Below, piece by piece: positions 8,832-18,013 of a stretch of 64,000 bases of DNA. The position numbers and the translations under genes are program-made. The stretch is from the IMG/VR virus record IMGVR_UViG_3300011434_000008, positions 5,770-69,769 of that record; one strand, 5' to 3'. Below the pieces are notes generated by a model. That model was given only the letters and a program-made list of their open reading frames with translations. It did not search any database and was not told where the DNA came from. Origin of the DNA: a virus. Its lineage: Duplodnaviria > Caudoviricetes. Numbering within the stretch: the stretch's first letter is position 1; each line of letters begins with the position of its first letter.

Positions 8832-9533
8832 GTGGACGTAATAGACGATCTTCTGGGAACATCGAAAGACCTCTTCCAACAGAATGCCAAGAGCGTTGCC
8901 ACGAAGATCGAAGATCTTCTCGGTGCCATCAAGGCCGGAGAACTCAACCTCGCGACCAACTATGTTCAGCTCGGCAATCAGCTGCTGAATGTCCGCTCGA
9001 ACAAGTATTGGGTGCCCCTGGGATTCGCGAACTTCGGTAAGTACATCGAGTCGGTCAAGGATCGTATTCAGATTGGCCGCACGCAGCTGTACCTCTACAT
9101 CTCCACGGTGGAAAAACTTCTGCCATCCGTCAGCGAGACTCAACTGAACCAAATGGGGATCTCGAAGGCGGTCGAGCTACAACGAGTGGTAAGCCAGACC
9201 GGCGCGCAGCCCACTCAAGAACTCATTGACTTTGCGCTTGACCCGAGCCATACTCGTGAGAGTGTTAAGGGTGAAGTCTACAAGCACCTGAACATTCAAA
9301 CGCCCACGGAGACCGGCATCTACTTCGAGCTTGGCTGCTACGTTACGCAGGAGGAGCGAGAAGAGATTCAACGCGGGCTTGACGTGGCAACCAAGATAGA
9401 CCCGGTGATACCAACCGACTGGCCGGAGAACAACCGCAACAAAGAGATTTTACTGAGGCTCATTCGAGAGTTCCTCGGCACCTATGAAAGTGAAGTCACC
9501 CCCTCGGAGGTTACCCATGAGTCAGAAAGTTAA
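8832..9533 (+). CDS. hypothetical helical protein (possibly DNA-binding)
   Basis: GTG at 8832 after AGGTGG; YW..LGFANFGKYI...IGRTQLY.YI pattern. Confidence 0.6.
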   Translation: MDVIDDLLGTSKDLFQQNAKSVATKIEDLLGAIKAGELNLATNYVQLGNQLLNVRSNKYWVPLGFANFGKYIESVKDRIQIGRTQLYLYISTVEKLLPSVSETQLNQMGISKAVELQRVVSQTGAQPTQELIDFALDPSHTRESVKGEVYKHLNIQTPTETGIYFELGCYVTQEEREEIQRGLDVATKIDPVIPTDWPENNRNKEILLRLIREFLGTYESEVTPSEVTHESES

Positions 9534-9867
9534 GCTCGTCTTCGTGGAGCTGAACGAAAAGGGACGGGTCTCTCGGATCTTTCGAAAGTACCCCTTCAAG
9601 CTGCGGATTCCCACTCCCACGGAAGCCGCCCACAAGCAGATCACGCAGATGAGCCGCACGAAGGCTGTCTCCGAGGTTCGCCAGCAGCTCGTTCATCGTG
9701 CAAACGGAGCCTGTGAATACTGCTCCGCAGCTGTTACCGACCAGACCGGGCACATGCACGAGAAAGTTTTCAGAAGCCACGGGGGCGAGATATCCCTGGC
9801 AAACAGCGTCTTCATTTGCTATCCCTGCCACAGAGGGGAACACGGTCTTGGAAGGGGTGTCGCATGA
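9517..9867 (+). CDS. HNH endonuclease
   Basis: CEYC, HMHEKVFRSHGG, ANSVFICYPCH..EH. Confidence 0.75.
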   Translation: MSQKVKLVFVELNEKGRVSRIFRKYPFKLRIPTPTEAAHKQITQMSRTKAVSEVRQQLVHRANGACEYCSAAVTDQTGHMHEKVFRSHGGEISLANSVFICYPCHRGEHGLGRGVA

Positions 9868-10358
9868 ACACAAACGGTGTAGTGGAAAAGTGGTCGCCAG
9901 TGGTTGATCGATTCATCAGCGGCCACGCCAAAGCGTTACCGCAGGACGAGAGGGAAGATCTTCGCCAAGACATATTCCTGGCGCTGATTGAAAGCTACGG
10001 ACCTACTCTCGAAAGATGTACTGAGATGTGGGCTGAACTCCTGGCCCTCCGGGTTCTGGAATGTTTTCGAGAGGAGCGTCGCTCCCGTAGTTTACCGCCG
10101 AACTGGACTTCCTTCGACACCGAGAACTTGGTGCCGGACTCGTCAGCCCCGAACCTTGACCTTGAACTCGACCTGGGGAAAGCCTTGTCCCAGCTACCAG
10201 ACGGCTTACGCAATGTCGCCGTGGACCTGTTCTATCACGACCTCAGTCAGCAGGAAGTGGCGACCAAGTACAACAGGACGCAGCCTTGGGTTGCCGTCGC
10301 AAAGAAGCAGATCGTGAATCGACTATACTCATTCTTAAAGGAGAAAACATGCCGGTAA
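9864..10358 (+). CDS. sigma-70 family (ECF-like) RNA polymerase sigma factor
   Basis: Region-2-like REDLRQDIFLAL and region-4 HTH LSQLPDGLRNV...DLSQQEVA; 164 aa. Confidence 0.72.
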   Translation: MNTNGVVEKWSPVVDRFISGHAKALPQDEREDLRQDIFLALIESYGPTLERCTEMWAELLALRVLECFREERRSRSLPPNWTSFDTENLVPDSSAPNLDLELDLGKALSQLPDGLRNVAVDLFYHDLSQQEVATKYNRTQPWVAVAKKQIVNRLYSFLKEKTCR

Positions 10359-10981
10359 CCATCAACAGAACACTTTCCATCAAGGACAAGGACGGGAACA
10401 TCTCGATCTTGACCGAGACCGATCAGATCGCGGAGAGCACAGACATCTCCGCAAAGTGCGATAGCTCGCGATGCGCCAGTCGTCACGCTGGCAAGCCGGT
10501 GGAGATCGCCTGGAACATCGAAGAGGTGAAGGAAAAGCCGGACGCTTTACCAGACTCGTTCTTCCGGTTGCTATCGCTCGTCATCAACCCGAGGAGCCAA
10601 GAGCAGAAAGTTTTCTGCAGCGCCGGGTGCGTTCGTGATTTCCTCCAGTACGACTACGTTGCGCCGCTGTCGCCGCGTGAGGAAGCCGTTCTGCAGGCCA
10701 CCAACCAGCAGGCCGAGCTTGCGAAGCACCGGCCAAAGACCAACGTCATCCAGTTCCCGACCAAGCCTGCGGTTGAGGTTGTGGCCCCCCCGGTTTCAGC
10801 AGATACGCTGACCGACATCATCGACCAACCGGTTGTTCCGGGTCCCGAAGGCGTGGAAGAGCCCATAGCTGAACCCGTCAGTATCACAGACGAACCCGAA
10901 AAGCAGGGGCTTGAACATCCGTACCGACTGGAACACGACCCGAATCTCGGTCCATTCTTTGAATCGAGGGAGGGCGCATGA
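10349..10981 (+). CDS. hypothetical protein with Cys motifs
   Basis: ATG at 10349 after AAGGAG; CDSSRC and FCSAGC; Pro/Glu-rich tail. Confidence 0.6.
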   Translation: MPVTINRTLSIKDKDGNISILTETDQIAESTDISAKCDSSRCASRHAGKPVEIAWNIEEVKEKPDALPDSFFRLLSLVINPRSQEQKVFCSAGCVRDFLQYDYVAPLSPREEAVLQATNQQAELAKHRPKTNVIQFPTKPAVEVVAPPVSADTLTDIIDQPVVPGPEGVEEPIAEPVSITDEPEKQGLEHPYRLEHDPNLGPFFESREGA

Positions 10982-11397
10982 CTGGACTCGAATTCGAAAA
11001 GTCCGTCGTAGCCCTAGCAGCGTGGCGTGAGATGCGAGGTGAAGGCATCAACGCCATGCTGGCGGTTGTGTTCGTTCTGCGCAACCGGGCGAAGGCGGGG
11101 TGGAACGGGGGCAGCATCTACCAGAACACCATCAAGCTGAATCAGGTGTCTTCGATGTCCGTGCTTGGTGACAAGAACACCATCAAGTACCCAGACGTTC
11201 GAGATCCGGATTTCCAGACTCTGCTTCACAAGATTGACGCCATCTACGAGGATGTACCGGACATGATCACCAGCGGCGCGAAGTATTACGCTGTTCTGAC
11301 GGATGCCACGTCGGGGTGGTTTTTCGAGAACATCGTGAACAAACCTCTGGAGCACCAGAGGGTGGCGCAAATCGGGAAGACAACTTTCTTCGCGTAG
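10978..11397 (+). CDS. SleB/Hydrolase_2-family cell wall hydrolase (endolysin)
   Basis: AWREMRGE (catalytic Glu position), AVVFVLRNR, NQVS, TSGAKYY, IGKTTFF. Confidence 0.8.
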   Translation: MTGLEFEKSVVALAAWREMRGEGINAMLAVVFVLRNRAKAGWNGGSIYQNTIKLNQVSSMSVLGDKNTIKYPDVRDPDFQTLLHKIDAIYEDVPDMITSGAKYYAVLTDATSGWFFENIVNKPLEHQRVAQIGKTTFFA

Positions 11398-11409
11398 TAC
11401 GGAGGCAAC

Positions 11410-11625
11410 ATGAATAGGGTGTATGAGTGGTTCGGAGGTAGAAGCTCTGCCTTCGCTCTGTGGTTCTTCGTGGTTGGTGTCGTCCTCGTTTTCCAAGGTA
11501 AGCTCGACACCAACTTCATCGCCCTGGGCGGAGCACTGCAAGCCATCATCGTGACTCGATCCATCGCAGGGGACTACCACGAGCGCAGCAAGAACGGCAA
11601 TGGAGGTGGCCATGCCAATCTTTGA
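11410..11625 (+). CDS. putative class II holin
   Basis: 71 aa with two hydrophobic segments and a charged tail, directly after the endolysin. Confidence 0.55.
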   Translation: MNRVYEWFGGRSSAFALWFFVVGVVLVFQGKLDTNFIALGGALQAIIVTRSIAGDYHERSKNGNGGGHANL

Positions 11626-11785
11626 GTACCGATGTCCGCAGTGCCACACCGTAACAGAAACGATTCGTAAGATAGCGGACAAAGACAAACCTATCTGGTG
11701 TCCTCGGTGCGACGTTAAGTCGAACCCGGTCCCGATCTCTAAGCCCGCTCCGTTTCGATGGGGGAAAGGCGGAGGGTGGAACTAA
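11612..11785 (+). CDS. FmdB-family zinc ribbon protein
   Basis: MPIFEYRCPQC...CPRC...F.GGGW hallmark pattern. Confidence 0.75.
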   Translation: MPIFEYRCPQCHTVTETIRKIADKDKPIWCPRCDVKSNPVPISKPAPFRWGKGGGWN

Positions 11786-12246
11786 TGGCGAAGCAACGCC
11801 GCCCGAAAACCGAGGAAGAGAAGAGGCGCGACCGCAACCAGCGCCTCAAGCGGCTCTACGGGATCACAATCAAAGAGTATGAGGAGAGGCTCGCTCAGCA
11901 AAACGGGTGCTGCGCCATCTGCTTGAAACCTCCGACGACTCTGGCTCTGTCGGTAGACCACGATCACAAGTGGAAGTATCTCAAGATCACCGTCTCCGAT
12001 TGCATAGTCGGTTGGCTGGCGAAAGTCAAGGACGACACCGTGAATCCACCATCTCCATACTACCTGCTCGGTGGTGTTGGAGACACCAAGATGGCCGCTC
12101 GAATTATGTTGAAGCACCGTCTGAAGCGGGCAAGCGTGAGAGGTTTGCTGTGCTTCTCCTGCAACGGCGGGCTCCGGAAGTATCGGGACACCCCGGACAT
12201 TCTGAGGCGCGCCGCCGAGTACCTGAGCAACCATCAAGGGAGTTAA
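11785..12246 (+). CDS. endonuclease VII-like nuclease with an internal insertion
   Basis: YGIT..EY...L..QNGCCAIC, VDHDH, VRGLLC.SCN.GL...D....L.RA.EYL. Confidence 0.8.
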   Translation: MAKQRRPKTEEEKRRDRNQRLKRLYGITIKEYEERLAQQNGCCAICLKPPTTLALSVDHDHKWKYLKITVSDCIVGWLAKVKDDTVNPPSPYYLLGGVGDTKMAARIMLKHRLKRASVRGLLCFSCNGGLRKYRDTPDILRRAAEYLSNHQGS

Positions 12247-12247
12247 C

Positions 12248-12946
12248 ATGTTTGAAAAAATCTTGAGTCGCGAAAGACTACTGATCGTGCTGGCCGTGTT
12301 GGTTGCCCTCGTGTACCTGGGTGGAAAGTACCTCGACAGCTCGAAGGATTCCGCCGTCGCGAAGAATGCCGTGGCCCAACAGGTCTTGCAGGAACAGGTG
12401 ACGCAGAACGCCACCATCGCAAAGCAGCTGGCGGTCCAGGTCCAACAGTACCAGGAGATGATCACATCCTTGACCGCACAGAATTCGTCTCTGGCCCGAG
12501 CTATGGGGCAACGCCAGACCGAGGTTTTGCATCAACAGAAGATCGACCAAACTCTACCCCTACCTGATCTCGCCGTCCGCTGGCAGAAACTCGCCGGACT
12601 TAACCCCAGCGACTTCGAGAACACTACCAGGGGACTTCACGTTTCGGAGTCCGGATCTCGAACGACCGTTCAGATTCTGGAGACCGTACCCGCCCTACGT
12701 GCGGACCTAGTTGACACCCACAAGATCATCGAAAACAAAGACACCCAGATCAAGGGAGCCGATGGTATAATCGCAGGACTAAATACCCAGGTGACCGGCC
12801 TGAAGTCCGAACTGACGGCTAAGGATAAGGCTTGTGACACGCAGCTGAGCTTGGAGAAGGCGAAGGCCCGCAAGGGTAAAGTCAGATCGTTCCTAACCGG
12901 CCTTGGGATTGGGGCTGGTGTCGTCGCCAAACTTGTGTTATTCTGA
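12248..12946 (+). CDS. spanin-like membrane-anchored coiled-coil protein
   Basis: N-terminal TM segment, long coiled coil and C-terminal Gly-rich hydrophobic segment; lies in the lysis neighbourhood. Confidence 0.5.
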   Translation: MFEKILSRERLLIVLAVLVALVYLGGKYLDSSKDSAVAKNAVAQQVLQEQVTQNATIAKQLAVQVQQYQEMITSLTAQNSSLARAMGQRQTEVLHQQKIDQTLPLPDLAVRWQKLAGLNPSDFENTTRGLHVSESGSRTTVQILETVPALRADLVDTHKIIENKDTQIKGADGIIAGLNTQVTGLKSELTAKDKACDTQLSLEKAKARKGKVRSFLTGLGIGAGVVAKLVLF

Positions 12947-12957
12947 ACGGAGGTAAG

Positions 12958-13152
12958 ATGAACGGACGAAGAGCAAAGCAACTGAGGAAGCAGGCCCTGG
13001 CGCTGCATCCGGAAGGGTCATCACTCGCATTCCAAGTCACGAAAGTTGATCCGGAAGGAAACCCTGTAAGAGGGAACTGGCAGTATACCAGCGGATTCAA
13101 ACGTGCCTACAAAGATCTGAAGAGGAGCCTCAAACATGGCGAACACATCTAA
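12958..13152 (+). CDS. small basic hypothetical protein
   Basis: 64-aa ORF with GGAGG RBS. Confidence 0.6.
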   Translation: MNGRRAKQLRKQALALHPEGSSLAFQVTKVDPEGNPVRGNWQYTSGFKRAYKDLKRSLKHGEHI

Positions 13153-14392
13153 GAGACGATGCCCCGCATGCAGAAAGACAAAGGTCTTCCGGCTGGATCA
13201 GAAGACCTGCGGCTGCGGAGGCGTTCATCCGTTTGCGGGACAGCACGGCGCTCCAAAGCTGGACAAGTCTGAAGTCAGCGAGGTTGTCGGAGACAAGTGG
13301 ACCATCTCGCTGCCGAAGACGCCGATCCACACTCTGGATCAGCTGATCGCGCACTGCAAGGTAGACCTCGAAATCTGGGAAGTCGAACGGTTCGTCTGCA
13401 ACAAATGGGAAGTCGGCATGGGCGTCAAGGCGTCCGGCGTTGGCAAACCAATCGTCCTACCTCTTTTCCAGGTGAAGGCATTTCTGAAAAAGAAAACGAA
13501 CATCGTCGATGCTAAGGCCGAGATCGAGGCTCTCAAGAAGCTCGCTCTAATCAACCCGAAGCGACCCTCGCTGATTCGAAGTACCTTCCTGCCCTCTGGA
13601 AACATGCTGGAGATCAACATGCCTGACCAGCATTTCGGTAAGCTGGCCTGGGGTGTTGAAACCGGAGGCCCGCACTACGACGTGAAGATCGCCACGGCCC
13701 TACACCACAAGGCTCTGAACAATCTTCTGGAGCGCGTGAAGGGGTTTACCTTTGATGAAATCGTCTTTGTCGTCGGCAACGATCTGCTGAACTCCGACGA
13801 TCTTGAAAGCAAGACAACCAAGGGTACGATTGTCTCCACGGATGGTCGCTACCAGAAGACTTTCACCACTGTCCGGGATGTGATGATCCAGAGCATCGAG
13901 AAACTGCGCAAGCTGGCACCGAAGGTCAAGGTGATCATGGTGTCCGGCAACCACGACAAGCTGTCGGTGTGGCACCTCGGAGATTCCCTGGAGTGCTGGT
14001 TCCGGACATACAGCGACGTTGAGATCGACAACTCCCCGAAGTATCGAAAGTATCACCAGTTTGGAAAGGTTATGTTGCTCTTGACCCACGGCGACAAAGG
14101 ATCGAGAGCCGACTTCCCGCTACTCATGGCGACGGAGCAATCGAAGATGTTCGGTGAGACCCTGTTTCGCGAGGCCCACACCGGCCACTCTCACCAGACC
14201 AAGGTTGAAGAGAAGCACGGCGTGCGGGTCCGCGTTCTCCCGGCGCTTTGCCCACCCGACGACTGGATGGCGGAGAATACCTTCTCAGTCAAGAACCAAC
14301 GCAGCGCGGAGGCTTATGTATGGAATGCCGTGGAGGGCCTGATCACCATCGCGGTCTACACCGATCCCGATGAGATCGAACCGCCGAAATAA
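13136..14392 (+). CDS. calcineurin-like metallophosphoesterase with N-terminal Zn ribbon
   Basis: DQHFG, GNDLLNSD, GNHD, THGD, GHSH motifs; CPAC...CGC at the N-terminus. Confidence 0.8.
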   Translation: MANTSKRRCPACRKTKVFRLDQKTCGCGGVHPFAGQHGAPKLDKSEVSEVVGDKWTISLPKTPIHTLDQLIAHCKVDLEIWEVERFVCNKWEVGMGVKASGVGKPIVLPLFQVKAFLKKKTNIVDAKAEIEALKKLALINPKRPSLIRSTFLPSGNMLEINMPDQHFGKLAWGVETGGPHYDVKIATALHHKALNNLLERVKGFTFDEIVFVVGNDLLNSDDLESKTTKGTIVSTDGRYQKTFTTVRDVMIQSIEKLRKLAPKVKVIMVSGNHDKLSVWHLGDSLECWFRTYSDVEIDNSPKYRKYHQFGKVMLLLTHGDKGSRADFPLLMATEQSKMFGETLFREAHTGHSHQTKVEEKHGVRVRVLPALCPPDDWMAENTFSVKNQRSAEAYVWNAVEGLITIAVYTDPDEIEPPK

Positions 14393-14416
14393 CAACTTCA
14401 ACTCAGGAGGTTTTGC

Positions 14417-14869
14417 ATGAGCAAGCCCGTGGTTTACCTAGCAGGATTGATTTCCACCGAGGTCCCCGAGTCACTGTACTGGCGACTCAAGGTAGAGCCC
14501 AGACTTACGGAAGCGGGTTTCGAAGTGCTAAGTCCCATGCGAGGAAAGAATCCGAAAGCCCTCGTGCAAGGTGGACTTGTTGATCCCAACGTCACGTCAA
14601 AAGATATCTTGATGCGGGACTTCCACGACGTGAAACGAGCTGACGTAATTCTCGCGCATTTGGAGATCTTCGGCGGCAACCGGTCTCTGTTGGGTACAAT
14701 CGCAGAGCTTGCCTGGGCGTGGCAACTCACTACGCCCGTGGTCGGGATAGCAGACCTCCAGAACTCTCTCATGCGAAACCACCCGTTTGTTCGCGAGTTC
14801 ATCAGTCACTACCATTGCAACATCTATGATGCGGCGGAGTTTATTATCAACTACTACGGGAGGAAGTGA
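14417..14869 (+). CDS. nucleoside 2-deoxyribosyltransferase-like protein
   Basis: VYLAG, VLSP, RD..DV.RADVILA, GT.AEL.WA...TPVV. Confidence 0.8.
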   Translation: MSKPVVYLAGLISTEVPESLYWRLKVEPRLTEAGFEVLSPMRGKNPKALVQGGLVDPNVTSKDILMRDFHDVKRADVILAHLEIFGGNRSLLGTIAELAWAWQLTTPVVGIADLQNSLMRNHPFVREFISHYHCNIYDAAEFIINYYGRK

Positions 14870-14875
14870 ACCATT

Positions 14876-15691
14876 ATGCCTTATGATCCTGGTTTCTACC
14901 TCAGCTCAGAGGAGCTGAATCAAACACCGTCTCCAGCAGGCGACCCAATTGAGTCGGTCAAATCTGATCGGAACCGTCAAGAGCGAACCATTGGCGGGCC
15001 GCTGACGGAAACCCAATTGAAGGAAATCGGAGTAGAACTCGCCGAACGCGATCAGTCGAGGAAAGCATCCGTGGATACAAAACCCGGATACGGATCGGAG
15101 GATGGCATCAAGGATTCGGGGACCCGTGAGGAGTTCTCAACGGGTTCCGTTCGCGACAAGCAAGCCGGGAAGGGTGCCTTTCACTTGGTGCCTACCTGGG
15201 TGGTGTGGTTGGTGTCGCGTGTCTATGAAGGCGGAGCCATCAAGTATCAACCCCGGAACTGGGAGAAGGGACAGCCTCTCAGCCAGTACATCAAGTCAGC
15301 TGAGAATCATCTGGCAAAGCTGAAGATGGGTATGAGGGACGAGCCCCATGCGTCCCAGGTGATCTGGAACATGTTCGGCTACATCTACACGTCGGTCTTG
15401 ATCAAGCTTGGCCGTCGTCCCGCAAGCCTCAGCGACATGCCGGATCAGCTCCACTGTGTTCCCGGAGTCATCGCCGAGCCTCTCTCCAACATGGAGTACG
15501 AGAGCATGAACACGTTCTTCCAGGGAGCTGAGAAGATCTTCATCCCCGAGGAAGGTCGTCACCTGTCCATTGAAGAGGACCAGGGAAAACAGAACCCGCT
15601 GGCGGTTCCACCCGATGTCAGCCCTATTAACCTCGGGGGAGCCGAGGGACCAAAAGGACTTGTCGGACCATCCTTCAAATTACGCGGATGA
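14876..15691 (+). CDS. DUF5664-like dATP/dGTP diphosphohydrolase
   Basis: KDSG.R.EFSTGSVRD...GKG.F.LVP, GA.KY.PRNWEKG.P, S..NH, DEPH....WN. Confidence 0.8.
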   Translation: MPYDPGFYLSSEELNQTPSPAGDPIESVKSDRNRQERTIGGPLTETQLKEIGVELAERDQSRKASVDTKPGYGSEDGIKDSGTREEFSTGSVRDKQAGKGAFHLVPTWVVWLVSRVYEGGAIKYQPRNWEKGQPLSQYIKSAENHLAKLKMGMRDEPHASQVIWNMFGYIYTSVLIKLGRRPASLSDMPDQLHCVPGVIAEPLSNMEYESMNTFFQGAEKIFIPEEGRHLSIEEDQGKQNPLAVPPDVSPINLGGAEGPKGLVGPSFKLRG

Positions 15692-16182
15692 AAAAACTGA
15701 CGGCGAGCGATGTTGAAATTCGAGTGGCCCGGCTATTCAACTACCGGGCCAACTTGATTGTGCCGAACGTGTCCTGGGGTCTCCACCTCCGGCACGAGTG
15801 CGATCTACTGATCGTGTCACCGGCGCGCTACGCCACCGAGATCGAGATCAAAGTCACCGCTTCTGACATACGCGCCGACCTGAAGAAGCGCCACGACCAC
15901 CAGAGCAACAAAATCCGCCGACTCTACTTCGCCGTTCCCGACTACCTCGTCAGCTGTCCAGACCTACCTACCGAAGCAGGTTTAATCAGCGTTGACAGTC
16001 ACAACCACCCGTGGCATACTAAGATCGTGAGGCGACCCAGGTTCAACAAGCTGGCGCGGCCTCTATCTGAAGCGGAATACCTCAAGCTCGCGGAGCTAGG
16101 CTGCATGCGGATCTGGTCCCTGAAGGAACACATCGCGCTTCTAAAACGAGAGAGGAATCATGCAACTAAGGTGGTTGATTGA
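15688..16182 (+). CDS. MmcB-like PD-(D/E)XK nuclease-fold protein
   Basis: ECDLL, EIEIKVT.SD..AD..K, LYFAVP. Confidence 0.62.
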   Translation: MKKLTASDVEIRVARLFNYRANLIVPNVSWGLHLRHECDLLIVSPARYATEIEIKVTASDIRADLKKRHDHQSNKIRRLYFAVPDYLVSCPDLPTEAGLISVDSHNHPWHTKIVRRPRFNKLARPLSEAEYLKLAELGCMRIWSLKEHIALLKRERNHATKVVD

Positions 16183-16381
16183 GCGCTACGAGTACACGAC
16201 CCACAACAAGAGATGGAGTGCTGAACCCACGACACAGTCGGCGGATCAGACTCCAAAGCTGCAGTACCGATATGACAACGGCGGACCTTGGTTCGACGTG
16301 CCAACTGAAATCGTGGTCTCAACTGAAGAAGAACGGAGAGCTAAACATGAGCGACAAGAAATCGTCGAATGCCGCGCTTGA
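16160..16381 (+). CDS. small hypothetical protein
   Basis: 73 aa; MQLRW...LQYR...WFDVP pattern of small phage proteins; overlaps the RecA start. Confidence 0.5.
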   Translation: MQLRWLIERYEYTTHNKRWSAEPTTQSADQTPKLQYRYDNGGPWFDVPTEIVVSTEEERRAKHERQEIVECRA

Positions 16382-17363
16382 TGCAACCGTGGCTGCGATG
16401 GACAAGCAATTTGGTGCGGGCTCCGTCATGCGTCTGGGGAGTAGCGACATCGCTCCGGTACGGGACGGCGTCATTCCCACGGGCTCTATTGCACTCGACG
16501 CCGCCCTGGGAGTCGGAGGTCTACCACGAGGCAGGGTTATTGAGATCTTCGGACCCGAGTCCTGCGGAAAAACTACCCTGGCTCTGCACGTCATCGCCAA
16601 TGCGCAGAAGGCCGGAGGCACCGCTGTCTTTATTGACGCCGAGCACGCCCTCGATCCGGTGTACGCCAAGGCTCTGGGTGTTAACACCGATGATCTCTTG
16701 GTCTCCCAGCCTGACAACGGTGAGCAGGCCCTCGACATCGCCGATTCCTTGATTAAAGGCGGGACCCTGGCGATCTGTGTCGTGGACTCCGTGGCTGCCC
16801 TTGTCCCCAAGGCCGAGCTTGACGGCGACATGGGTGACTCCCACATGGGACTACAGGCCCGGCTGATGAGTCAAGCCCTGCGTAAGATCACCGGCAACGT
16901 TTCACGAACCAAGACCTGTATGATTTTCATCAACCAGATCCGAGAGAAAATTGGTGTGATGTTTGGGAACCCTGAGACCACGACCGGAGGCCGGGCGCTG
17001 AAGTTCTACGCTTCCATCCGGCTCGATGTCCGGCGCGTCGCCTCGATCAAGACCGGCGAGGAAGTCACCGGAGTTCGGACAAAGGTGAAGGTTGTGAAGA
17101 ACAAGGTGGCTCCGCCGTTCCGGGAGGCTCAGTTTGACATTGTCTATGGTGTGGGGATATCGAAGATGGGGGACCTGCTGGACATCGCATCTGAGGCGGG
17201 TATCGTTGAGAAGAGCGGAGCTTGGTTCTCCTACAAAGGGGAACGTCTGGGGCAGGGGCGCGAGAAAGCTATCGAGCTGCTGAACTCCACACCGCACATT
17301 GCAAGTGCGATTGAAATAGAAGTTCGGAAGAGCATCGAATCTAAAAGAGGAGCGACGAAATGA
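16347..17363 (+). CDS. recA: RecA recombinase (cellular type, 338 aa)
   Basis: [82 protein letters not shown] at 16347 after GGAG. Confidence 0.97.
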   Translation: MSDKKSSNAALDATVAAMDKQFGAGSVMRLGSSDIAPVRDGVIPTGSIALDAALGVGGLPRGRVIEIFGPESCGKTTLALHVIANAQKAGGTAVFIDAEHALDPVYAKALGVNTDDLLVSQPDNGEQALDIADSLIKGGTLAICVVDSVAALVPKAELDGDMGDSHMGLQARLMSQALRKITGNVSRTKTCMIFINQIREKIGVMFGNPETTTGGRALKFYASIRLDVRRVASIKTGEEVTGVRTKVKVVKNKVAPPFREAQFDIVYGVGISKMGDLLDIASEAGIVEKSGAWFSYKGERLGQGREKAIELLNSTPHIASAIEIEVRKSIESKRGATK

Positions 17364-17803
17364 AATCGTACCATATCGACCCGGAAACGGACCAACGAAT
17401 TGAAAACATCTTCCAACATCATCCGCCATGCGGCAATCAGCTCGCCCGGTATAAGCAGCTCCGAGACGAAGCCAAGGCGTTCGCATACCTGATCGTCTCC
17501 AGCAGTCCAAAGAGTCGTGAGCAGGCGCTGGCCCTGACCCATCTCGAACAGGCGGTCTTCTTTGCTAACGCCGCCATCGCTCGGCACGAGAAGTTCGATC
17601 TGGAAATACAACAGCCCACTCTTCCAGTAGTCCAAAGAGTCGCGAGCAGTCGCTGTCGGCACGAGACGCCGGAGCCCGAAAAGCTCAACCGGTTCGCGGG
17701 GTGCTACGGCGGACACGATCCGAACGAGCTGCCGGATAGCGAAGAGGTCGGTGGAGATCCAACACTGCGCCGAGCGCGAGAACGAAACGTGATACCAGCG
17801 TAA
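17360..17803 (+). CDS. Acb2/Tad1-hairpin-like protein with C-terminal extension
   Basis: F.HH.P...Q..RY..LR..AK..A.LI....[21 protein letters not shown] pattern in aa 12-77. Confidence 0.55.
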   Translation: MKSYHIDPETDQRIENIFQHHPPCGNQLARYKQLRDEAKAFAYLIVSSSPKSREQALALTHLEQAVFFANAAIARHEKFDLEIQQPTLPVVQRVASSRCRHETPEPEKLNRFAGCYGGHDPNELPDSEEVGGDPTLRRARERNVIPA

Positions 17804-17813
17804 GGGAGGCTTC

Positions 17814-18008
17814 ATGCCCGGACTGAAAGTAATAATCTCGGTGGTGGACGACAAGGGCGACATGCTCTTTCATCATGAGGATGACGCCCTTAAACCCACC
17901 TCCAAGAAGCTGGACCCCGAGAAGCCAATCGAGTTCGGGGAGTACAAGTTTTTCGGCTGCATATATCAACCGATTGTCATGTTGAAGAGCAAAGCAGGGG
18001 GGTTCTAA
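17814..18008 (+). CDS. hypothetical protein
   Basis: 64-aa ORF with GGGAGG RBS. Confidence 0.55.
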   Translation: MPGLKVIISVVDDKGDMLFHHEDDALKPTSKKLDPEKPIEFGEYKFFGCIYQPIVMLKSKAGGF

Positions 18009-18013
18009 GTTAC

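Noticed and set aside
16179-16346. 56-aa N-terminal extension of RecA in the ORF track
   Set aside because: RecA homology and an RBS begin at the ATG at 16347; the extension overlaps another plausible gene.
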